Below, piece by piece: positions 54,730-64,000 of a stretch of 64,000 nt of DNA. Below the pieces are notes generated by a model that searched no databases, was not told the origin of the DNA, and saw only the letters and a program-made list of their open reading frames with translations. Position numbers and translations under genes: made by a program. Every line of letters begins with the position of its first letter. Position 1 is the first letter of the stretch. The stretch covers positions 32,674,001 through 32,738,000 of the forward strand of contig OX597819.1 of the NCBI GenBank assembly GCA_951406725.2, given 5' to 3'. Source of the DNA: Octopus vulgaris. Its lineage: Eukaryota.

Positions 54730-55268
54730 CACTGAGGGTTTTTAACCCCTTGTCATTATTCCTCCCCGTTATCGCTTGTGCCCGTATACTCCACCATCCC
54801 CCACACCTCATTCAAGACCAAGGCTTGATCCAAGCCGGCGTCGCCCAGCCACAAGCGATGTTCCTCGTTGAGTTCCTGCAGCCTAAACCCCACAGACCCC
54901 GTTATGACCTCCACAGCTATCTGCGGAGACCATTTGGGATCCTGTGTGAAGGTTAAAGGTACTCTCTTATGGTGCTTTTCCACCGCCTCTTCTACCTCTC
55001 CACCTCTGTAGAAGAAGACCAATAGTTCCTCTTTCTCCGGGTTCGAGGTTGTCAATTTTACTGTTAGCGACGCAGTTCCCCCAACGGTGTATCTTCCCCT
55101 GCCGGTAGCACAACCCCTACCGGCAAGGTTCCGTAATATTCCGGTGCTATGTCACCTACTACCGGCAATGTCCCGTTTCTCTTTCTTTCCCTCTCAACTG
55201 AGGGATGATGCGTCTCCTCCGTGACCGGGAGATTCACCTCCCCTTCCTCATCCCCAGACAGCCACTCC
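54730..55268 (-). other. GC-rich coding-like fragment, possibly a LINE ORF1 remnant
   Basis: Sharp GC island with a 99-aa frame (EELLVFFYRGGEVEEAVEK..); no motif recognised with confidence. Confidence 0.3.
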
Positions 55269-55714
55269 TATTATATATAATATACATATATATATATGCA
55301 AATATATGTTTATACATATGCTATATATACTATGTGCGTGTGTAAGTGTGTATGTTGTTGTGTCTGAGTATATACCTCACACCTTGCAAATCGGTGTTAG
55401 TTTGTTTACATCCCCATAACCTTGGCTTTTGGCAAAAGAGACCCATAGAACAAGTTCCATATCTAAAAATATAAGGATGTGATCGATTTGTTCCATTAAA
55501 CCAAGTAAGGCTGTGCCGAAGCACCGCTGCTATCCAATACCTGAAACAGGTAAAGAACATAAGCATTACAACATACGAGTAAGGACACACACACTTATTC
55601 ATATATATTAAACCATCTTAGTATAAGTTTTTTTACGACGAAAATCCATGTAAAATATTTATGTATAAACGTACTTTCAAAGGCCTACTAAATTCCGAGA
55701 AAATAAGAAACTAT

Positions 55715-56121
55715 AGGCGCAGGCGTGGCTGTGTGGTAAGAAGCTTATTTTCCAACCACATGGTTCCGGGTTCAGTCCCACTGCGTGGCACCATGGGCAA
55801 GTTTTTTCTACAATAACCTCAAACCGACCAAAGCCTTGTGACTGGATTTGGTAGACGAAAACTGAAAGAAGCTCGTCGTATATATATATATATAGATATG
55901 TGTGTGTGTGTGTGTGTTTGTCTCCTCCACACCATCGATTGACAACCGATGTTTCTGTGTTTACGTCCCCGTAACTTAGCGGTTTCGCAAAAGAGACCGA
56001 TAGTATATGTACTAGGCTTACAAAGAATTGGGGTCGATTCTTCGACTGAAAAAAACCTCCCTTCAAGCTGATGCTCCAGCATGGCGGTAGTCAAACAACT
56101 GAAAAGTAAAAGAATAAAAGA
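55715..56121 (+). mobile_element. Full-length SINE family B
   Basis: GGCGCAGGCGTGGCTGTGTGGTAAG..GGGTTCAGTCCCACTG..TA/TG..GCTCCAGCATGG. Confidence 0.9.
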
Positions 56122-56799
56122 ATATTGTTTATTATGTTGTGAGAATTTGAGAAATTGTTGCATTTTAGAATTTACGATATAATATATTCTCAATCTTGTA
56201 TTATTAGATCGTATATAAACATTCAAGTTTAAAGCACATCCTGGAATATTTACTCAAGTGCGTACGTTTGTAAGAAGATAACAAAAGCTTTGAAATCCAG
56301 AAATAAATGGAAAAGACGTATTGCTAAAAGGGAAGTTTTAGATGTATATATGTGATCGAGGTATGTTGTATCTATGCATGTTCGCAAAATCTTAATATAT
56401 AAGAATGTAAGAAATCAACGTTTTAATACAGATGAGGAAAGTGAATGTTATTAAAATCATACTGTAATTTTGAGATTAGAATACTTCAAATCAATTCTTT
56501 ACTTCAATGAGTTGACAACTTAAATATATGCTGTTTACTCAAGTACAAATCAATATTATGTAGGATGTGGATACAATTAAATGAATTGATACGATATTGT
56601 TGATAGTTGTGTTTTCAATTCCAGTGAAGATCAAATGGAATGTTGATCTTGATGCGATTGTAATTATCTTTAAATTTATTAATCGGAAAGAGAAGCAAAG
56701 GCGATCATGACCTTTTCAGTCCAACCCAGACAAGTAATATTGAAGAGTTAGTTATGAGACTTTTATAGAGGGACGATACGATAATAGAAATTAATGACT

Positions 56800-56997
56800 G
56801 AGTAGAGGGTATAATAAGGGTTTGAAAGGTGATGTGATAATAACATCGTAAAATACCTTAGGAATGAGAATCCAGGAGAATCCAGGTTCGAAATTTCCCC
56901 AAGACACCTGCTGAAGGTGAGAGGATATATCGTCCGAAACGTTGTGTTAACAACAAACAAGATGAAGACAAATATACATCAAATCTAAATAATGTAC
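56800..56997 (+). mobile_element. PLE pLTR-like fragment with degenerate hammerhead (56903-56948)
   Basis: ACAC [CTGcTGA] aGG..CC [GAAA] CGT-T^ GTGT; one core substitution. Confidence 0.55.
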
Positions 56998-56999
56998 GA

Positions 57000-57945
57000 T
57001 ATTTTTTTGTTTTGTTTAATTCAAGTCTAGAATGATTGTATATATTTAGTAGTACTGAAAATACAACCCAAATATGTAAGTGGTACTCCGGTGAGGGGTT
57101 CTTGAGCTATAGTGTAACTGAAATACGCCCTTGTCCTAGAAATACATGAAATCTTTGGGTTGCAGTGAGGTCAACATGAGCAACTATTAATTATTGTGAG
57201 GCATTACTTTTGTAGCGACTTTAAAATAATTCCAGTGTGTAGTACTTTAGCCATGAATAAAGGGAAATATTGTCAGGTGGTTACAATCTTCTACAAGTAT
57301 TTCAGTCTTTGAAACCGGGGCCGTTTTAATCCATAGTAAGTATTGTTCATGAGTGAGATCTGATTTTTGATGTGAAGTAATTAAATAGTCTACTCCTAAA
57401 TACTTTCTACTCAGATGATATGGACAACTTCAAAAAGACTATGGATTAGCAGTACTTCTTAAAAACTTTGTCAATTGGAGGTAAACAGAGGTACAGTAGT
57501 ACTATAATCCGGAGCTGCTTTGGATCTTCATTGAATAACTAAACAGTTCACCACATACATGTCGAATGCTCAAACATCGCTGACTTGTAGAGTTATATTT
57601 CAAGCGGCTGTTGACACGTATCGGATGTATCTAGCAATCAACCAGGGATTTCATGAAGCTCTATTTATGCCTCTCCTTTGGTCTAGAAGAGAAAGCAATG
57701 TTCCTGTGTCTAGTAGTTATTTATGGTGAAAATAGTAGTAGTTTTGTGTTCTAGACTGAGATGACAAAGAATAGGATTTTGCATTTGACTCGGTCGATCA
57801 CCGGTCAGTTTTTCAAATAACACTCGAAGAGCAACGTTTGGATGGAGGGGAGGTCCTTTACATCTACTGAATGCTTGGAAATAATGGAGAAGAGTATGGC
57901 CTATGTTGAATGGGCCTACTCACATCCTGCGACTGTAAACCGTAG
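57000..57945 (-). mobile_element. Highly decayed Penelope-like RT region
   Basis: Minus-strand remnants VAGCE (RPIVAG-like), LEH..YYYFHHK (ILENNYF-like) and RYIRY (WxRYIDD-like) in the expected order. Confidence 0.45.
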
Positions 57946-58010
57946 AAATAAGTGAGAGATAGTTTTTGGCCTCTGTAATATTGGTAATACGGGATCTATT
58001 AATACTCTCC

Positions 58011-58438
58011 GATCTTTTCGGTTTGAACGGCAGTTTTTTCTAGCGGTGTCATATGAAATTGTCACCCATAATTATGACCCTAGTATCGATCTATTGCAAT
58101 TCAATCTGTTTTAGGGTTAGGGTTAGTTAGAGTTAGTTAGGGTTACGGGTGAGGAGAAGGGTATCTTTTTTTTCTTCACAAATGTAAATAAACCATATCT
58201 CTTTCTTAAACGAAGGACATATTCATACGGCACAGAATGTTTTTTTACCACAATGGACGTCAGTGATTGGTTGAAATTGCAGAAATTGAAGAAAAAAACA
58301 ACAAATATCTTACAAACTATAGAATTTTCTCAATAAAGTCAAGAGAAAAAGATGTTTTATAAGCACAGTATACGAAGTTTTAAATTTTTTAGTTACCTAG
58401 AAATTATGTTAAAAACTGCGGTTCAAACCGAAAAGATC
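58011..58438. mobile_element. MITE with about 27-bp TIRs and internal TTAGGG-like repeats
   Basis: GATCTTTTCGGTTTGAACGGCAGTTTT / AAAACTGCGGTTCAAACCGAAAAGATC (1 mismatch). Confidence 0.85.
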
Positions 58439-58840
58439 CATACTCTCTTTTACTGGCTTTAGGTGGCTACTCCATTGAGACATTTCATTTCGCTGCATTA
58501 TTTTATTGTTTTCTTTTTGTTGATGTTTTTCATGTTTACTCCTGCTGTATACACGAACATTATTTACTAAATTTTGCTTTTGTAACATCCTTGTGAAATG
58601 TTGTATTTGCAGCATTATAATGATTTTACTATTAGCAGCTAATAGTGATTGAAACGGCATAATCGCTAGAGTGTCGGAAAGAAAATACTTTGCATTTTCC
58701 TTCCGGCTTTTTTTCCCCTACCAGCATTCAATCTACCTATCATCTCGGCAGAGTGGAAGAATAAAGTACTCGGCTCGAAGCTATCGATTAAAATTTGTCT
58801 CCGAAACTACTAGCCTTGAGCCTGACTGAGAAACAATTAT

Positions 58841-59400
58841 TACATACATACATACATACATACATACAAACACACACACACGCGCGAACGCGCACGCACA
58901 CACATATATATACATACATACATACATACATACATACATGCATACATACATACATACATACAAACACACAAACACACACACACGCGCGCGCGCACGTGCA
59001 CGCACACACATATATATACATACATACATACATACATACATACATACATACATACATACATACATGCATACATACATACATACATACATACATACATGCA
59101 TACATACATACATACATACATACATACATACATACATACATACATACATGCATGCATACATACATACATACATGCATACATACATACATGCATACATACA
59201 TACGTACATACATACATACATGCATGCATGCATGCATACATACATACATACATACATACATACATACATACATACATACATTCATACATACATACAGACA
59301 TGCATACATACATACATACATACATACATACATGCATGCATGCATACATACATACATATATACATACATGCATGCATGCATACATACATACATATATACA

Positions 59401-59434
<34 letters not shown>

Positions 59435-59722
59435 CATACATACATACATACATACATACATACATACATACATACATACATGCATGCATGCATGCACATA
59501 CATACATACATACATACATACATACATACATACATACATACATGCATACATACATGCATGCATACATACATACATACATACATACATACATACATACATA
59601 CATACATACATACATACATACAGACATGCATACATACATACATACATACATACATACATGCATGCATGCATACATACATACATATATACATACATGCATG
59701 CATGCATACATACATACATATA

Positions 59723-59756
<34 letters not shown>

Positions 59757-59762
59757 CATACA

Positions 59763-59796
<34 letters not shown>

Positions 59797-60017
59797 CATA
59801 CATACATACATACATGCATACATACATACATACATACATACATACATGCATGCATGCATGCATGCATACATACATACATACATACATACATACATACATA
59901 CATACATACATACATACATACATACATACATACATACATACATACATACATGCATACATATATGCATACATACATGCATACATACATACATACATACATA
60001 CATACATACATACATAC
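58841..60017. repeat. (TACA)n array with TGCA variants, about 1.18 kb
   Basis: Directly visible; source of the MYVC/HTYI ORFs. Confidence 0.98.
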
Positions 60018-60459
60018 GTGTGAATATAATATATCTATGCGTCTATACATATATGTATTTCAATGTATTTCAAGCTATTTATGGATTATTGTTGTATATC
60101 AGAATTAAAACAAACAAAAAAAACAAAAACAAAGAAAGAAACAGTTATCTGTCTAGGTCACAATTTTACCTCTCTATTTTACCTCTCACTTCAGCCACAT
60201 ACAGACACAAAATATAGAATTTGCATGTATTTTGGGAAGCTTTTATTACATATTTTTAAATGACATATACCCAGTGTCGTCTTCTGCCAGTCACACTAAT
60301 ATCTCTCTCCCCATCTTCTCCCTCTCCCTCTCCCTCTCTCTCCCTCTTTTCTCTCTATATATCTCTCTATATGTATGTCTGTTAATCTGTCTGTTTATCT
60401 GGCTTCTCTCTGTATCTCTATTTCTATCTCCTTCTCTATCTACCAATTCATTTCTCTCT

Positions 60460-60525
<66 letters not shown>

Positions 60526-60526
60526 G

Positions 60527-60589
<63 letters not shown>

Positions 60590-60594
60590 GTCTG

Positions 60595-60677
<83 letters not shown>

Positions 60678-60700
60678 ATCTATCTATCTATCTATCTATC
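60460..60700. repeat. (CTAT)n array (Tx1 target); continues at 62444-62596
   Basis: Directly visible on both sides of the LINE. Confidence 0.97.
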
Positions 60701-62443
60701 ATAGTGTCTAGCCACGAGCACATCGAGCTGGTCGGCGAGACACTGAAAAACTACGAAGCGGTGACAGGAGCGAAAATCAACCGGGAAAAGTCAGTGGGCT
60801 TGCGACTAGGCACCTGGAGAAGCAAGCCCATGCCGTCCACCAGCGCCTCCGTCGTGGGACGCTGGACCGACGGCCCGGTTGAGTTGCTCGGGGTCTGGTT
60901 TGGTCCGGACCTCCAAGTGGAGAAGAACTGGAACGAGATAACGAGTAGGGTGGTCACTCTCGCCCGGCAATGGGCCGAGAGGAAACTGTCCCTAAAAGGT
61001 CGAGCGGAGGTGGCGAACACGTACATCGCGTCCGTCATCTACTACCGCCTGACCGTCGTACCTTGTCCCGACCCTACCATCACCAAACTACAACGCATCC
61101 TCTTTCGCTTCTTGTGGAAAGGATGCGTCCCGATGGTCAGGCGATCCATTTGCTGTCAACACCCGTTAAAAGGAGGGCTGGGCATGCCGTGGTTGATGAT
61201 GCGCAGACACGCGCTGAGACTGCGGCATCTCTGGCTCTATGTAGACGACGGTGAACAGGTGTGGTCGCCGTTTGTGAGGCACGCTTTCCCGCAGCTCGTC
61301 TCCATGACCGAACTGCAGTCGTGGATCAAAAAGAGGCCGAGGAAGGGCGAATGGCACCGCGAGTGTCGCGTTGCTCTCAAGCAACTCTGCCGTCCTGGGT
61401 CGACCTTAAGTGACTTCAACACAACCAAAGCATTCTATAGGGGTTTAGTGGAGGGGAGGTACGACGACGAGCTCGGGGCGAACCTGGACGTCGACGAGGA
61501 GTACCTGACCCGCCTGTTCAGGACGACTTTCGGGCCAGGGCCCATGGACAACTTCCAGAGATCCCTGGCCTGGCAGTGCTACCGAGAAGCGCTACCCGTT
61601 CGGGATAAGCTCTACAGACACGGCTCGAGAAACACGGGGCCGACCTGCCCGAGATGCGGTCAGAGCGACGAAACCGTTCTGCACGCACTCGTTCAGTGTC
61701 CAACAATTTCCGACCTGTGGGCTTATGTCGAACAACTGCTGTCACGTGTGGGACGAGTCGGTTTATCAGCTGAGTCTATCGTCAATATTGTCACGCCTCC
61801 TTCCTTCAAACGGGAAGGAAGAGCTATTTTCATCATCCTTGTGGCTATGGCGAAAGAATGTATCTGGTGGACGCGTCTGAAAGGATTGGAGACAAACACT
61901 TTCCTCTCTGGTCAATCTCTCATCAACTTCTTCAAGTACCACTTGAAAAGGAAAGTGAGAGTAGAGAGGCAAGTTTTGTCTAGCGAATGTTTTAAAAAAA
62001 GATGGGTGAATGTAGCAAGAATGGCACGTATGAATGACGAAGCCACCTTGAGCATAGTCCTATGAACCCAGAAATCGAAAACAGAGAGTTGCTTATTTGC
62101 AAAAAAAAAAAAAAAAAGAAATATAAAATGTGACATCATTGACCGAGGTTACCGTGGTCTTTTCCGTAGGCTTTTCTTTGCACGGGTAAACCTCACCTGT
62201 CCTCCCCTTTACACTTCATATTGACATTTCTGTGATAACGATCCCTATTGATCAATTTCCCCCCCCCTTTTTTTAAACCCCCTTTTTTTTGTCCTCTTTC
62301 TCTCCTTTTACGATCCCTTTTGATCGAAACTCCCCCTTCCTTTTTTTTTTTTTTTTTTTTTCTTTCTTAAACCTTCAAAAGAAAAGCTCTACCTTGTAAT
62401 TTGTTCTATCTGTGTGCAGCCCTGTGTGGCTAATAAAGAAACA
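60701..62443 (+). mobile_element. Young 5'-truncated Tx1/L1-clade LINE in (CTAT)n
   Basis: Uninterrupted ORF2 3' half, pyrimidine-rich 3' UTR, AATAAA at 62432 directly before (TATC)n. Confidence 0.93.
60704..62065 (+). CDS. Tx1-like ORF2, C-terminal half (RT thumb plus CCHC zinc finger), truncated just after YADD
   Basis: [56 protein letters not shown]; the GTG start in the track is a truncation artefact. Confidence 0.9.
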   Translation: MSSHEHIELVGETLKNYEAVTGAKINREKSVGLRLGTWRSKPMPSTSASVVGRWTDGPVELLGVWFGPDLQVEKNWNEITSRVVTLARQWAERKLSLKGRAEVANTYIASVIYYRLTVVPCPDPTITKLQRILFRFLWKGCVPMVRRSICCQHPLKGGLGMPWLMMRRHALRLRHLWLYVDDGEQVWSPFVRHAFPQLVSMTELQSWIKKRPRKGEWHRECRVALKQLCRPGSTLSDFNTTKAFYRGLVEGRYDDELGANLDVDEEYLTRLFRTTFGPGPMDNFQRSLAWQCYREALPVRDKLYRHGSRNTGPTCPRCGQSDETVLHALVQCPTISDLWAYVEQLLSRVGRVGLSAESIVNIVTPPSFKREGRAIFIILVAMAKECIWWTRLKGLETNTFLSGQSLINFFKYHLKRKVRVERQVLSSECFKKRWVNVARMARMNDEATLSIVL

Positions 62444-62475
<32 letters not shown>

Positions 62476-62476
62476 A

Positions 62477-62588
<112 letters not shown>

Positions 62589-62598
62589 GTCTATCTAA

Positions 62599-63408
62599 CC
62601 ACTACCACAACCAAAGCACTCCGGAAAAAAAGCTCTACTACCCACGCCACCATCAACACAGAAGACGACAAGAGAAGCACACCAAGCTAATCCGTCATCA
62701 ACCAAAAACCACTCAACACCTGGAAAAATACCAACACCACCAACAACAGCAAAACCCAAAGGAACAGAAAAACAAAGAAAACACACACAAACTGATCCCC
62801 CATCCCTTATACCGCACTCAACACACACAAACACTCAACAACCAACAACAACGAAAACAACAACACAACCACTTACACAGACATACATAGAAGCCCACAA
62901 CATACCCCTACCCCCTTCTGATTCCTCAGAAATTTCGTCGGAAGACGAAACCAGTGAGGAATGGCAAATAGCTACAAAAAGAAGGAAAATAAAGAGCAGA
63001 AACACAACCAAACCAAATGCAAACACGAACAAAGCAGGGGGAAATACATCTCCCGAAGACATTTCAAAACCCAACGCAAACAACAGCCACACCAACACCA
63101 CAAAAACATATACAGCAAACATGCTCACAGCCATAGACACCAAAAACACAAATTTAATGGAATACATCCAATCAAAAACAAACATAACAGAAGATGACAT
63201 AAAAACAAACAATCACCCATACACAACACCACCAGACCACATCAAAATATTACACATCTCCAAAAGTCTGCACCACACACTCAAAGGCATTTTCCCCAGT
63301 GCGGTTGGTAAATGCCAAAAATATCTCACAAAGAAACTGTACTGGGATCTTCTCGAGGACAAAACCAACGGAGGAGAAAGCAAAAACGGAGGAGAAAGCA
63401 GTAAGTAA
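62599..63408 (+). CDS. Tx1-like ORF1, 5'-truncated (Thr/Pro/Lys-rich disordered C-terminal part)
   Basis: Frame is open from 62599 to the stop at 63408 ([42 protein letters not shown]..); lies directly upstream of ORF2. Confidence 0.7.
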   Translation, partial: PLPQPKHSGKKALLPTPPSTQKTTREAHQANPSSTKNHSTPGKIPTPPTTAKPKGTEKQRKHTQTDPPSLIPHSTHTNTQQPTTTKTTTQPLTQTYIEAHNIPLPPSDSSEISSEDETSEEWQIATKRRKIKSRNTTKPNANTNKAGGNTSPEDISKPNANNSHTNTTKTYTANMLTAIDTKNTNLMEYIQSKTNITEDDIKTNNHPYTTPPDHIKILHISKSLHHTLKGIFPSAVGKCQKYLTKKLYWDLLEDKTNGGESKNGGESSK

Positions 63409-63435
63409 CCCTCTGTATTCTAATTCATTAGAACT

Positions 63436-64000
63436 ATGATCAAGATTGGTTGTGTAAATGCGCGTGGCTTGGGGTCCCCTTGGAAACAAGGGTACCTCTT
63501 AAATGACATAAAGTCACATAAGTTAGAAATCATAGCCATAAGCGAGACCAGACTCCACAATCCGCGGGCCCTAAAGACCATGTTTGGCGGACAGTTCAAC
63601 ATTTATTTTTCCCCCTGTCTGCCGAGAATGGGCGGTAGTGGCACCGCGGTACTGTTTCACAAGAGTCTGGATCTCAAAGTAAGGACAATATTCGTAGACC
63701 CGGAGGGTAGACTGGTCGTCCTGGATGTCGACGGCAGCAATGGGTGCGCTTTTCGACTCGTATCAGTTTACGCACCGCCCTTAACAGGTCGGGCGGATTT
63801 CTTTCAGCGTCTAGAAGTTTTCTTGGGAACGTCTCGTCCTTTACTCTTAGTGGGGGATTGGAATGCTACCTTGGACACGCATGTAGACTACGTGGGTAGA
63901 GATAGGAATAGACGGGGATGCAAATGCCTCAGAGACCTGCTCAGACGCTTTCAACTGTCTGACAGGTTCCGACTAGACCACCCGAATGCGCCAACGTGGA
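63436..64000 (+). CDS. Tx1-like ORF2 N-terminus: APE-type endonuclease (runs off window)
   Basis: MIKIGCVNARGLG..AISETRL..GTAVLF..EGRLVVLDV..VSVYAP..LVGDWNA..LSDRFR; no stops. Confidence 0.93.
   Translation, partial: MIKIGCVNARGLGSPWKQGYLLNDIKSHKLEIIAISETRLHNPRALKTMFGGQFNIYFSPCLPRMGGSGTAVLFHKSLDLKVRTIFVDPEGRLVVLDVDGSNGCAFRLVSVYAPPLTGRADFFQRLEVFLGTSRPLLLVGDWNATLDTHVDYVGRDRNRRGCKCLRDLLRRFQLSDRFRLDHPNAPTW

Noticed and set aside
58111-58146. Interstitial telomere or fusion site
   Set aside because: Only a few degenerate units, enclosed within a TIR element.
58781-60217. Long ORFs of 240-437 aa on both strands
   Set aside because: Translations of (TACA)n; stop-free by repeat composition.

Overview
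AT-rich, microsatellite-saturated eukaryotic DNA. The tRNA-derived SINE families and the repeat landscape look like Octopus/cephalopod genomic DNA (inference from recall, not a search). I find no supportable host protein-coding exon; nearly all long ORFs in the supplied track are translations of simple repeats. The window is a mosaic of mobile DNA: (i) Tx1/L1-clade LINEs, two of them young and stacked in (CTAT)n arrays at 60.7-64 kb; (ii) several decayed R4/Dong-type RLE-LINE fragments associated with (AAT)n; (iii) RTE 3' ends; (iv) two decayed Penelope-like elements (PLEs); (v) non-autonomous Helitrons, a mariner-derived MITE, a TIR MITE and a pogo/Tigger remnant; (vi) more than 25 SINE copies. 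The most unusual signal is a dispersed set of short, non-coding, (TA)n-embedded elements carrying type I hammerhead ribozyme (HHR) folds and/or gapless fold-back inverted repeats. They include a 358-bp retrozyme-like unit with 71-bp terminal redundancy (36066-36494), a 160-bp imperfect palindrome with HHR motifs on both strands (19131-19290), and a 410-bp fold-back with an intact HHR (15352-15761). All folds and alignments were done by eye; repeat boundaries are approximate unless stated.
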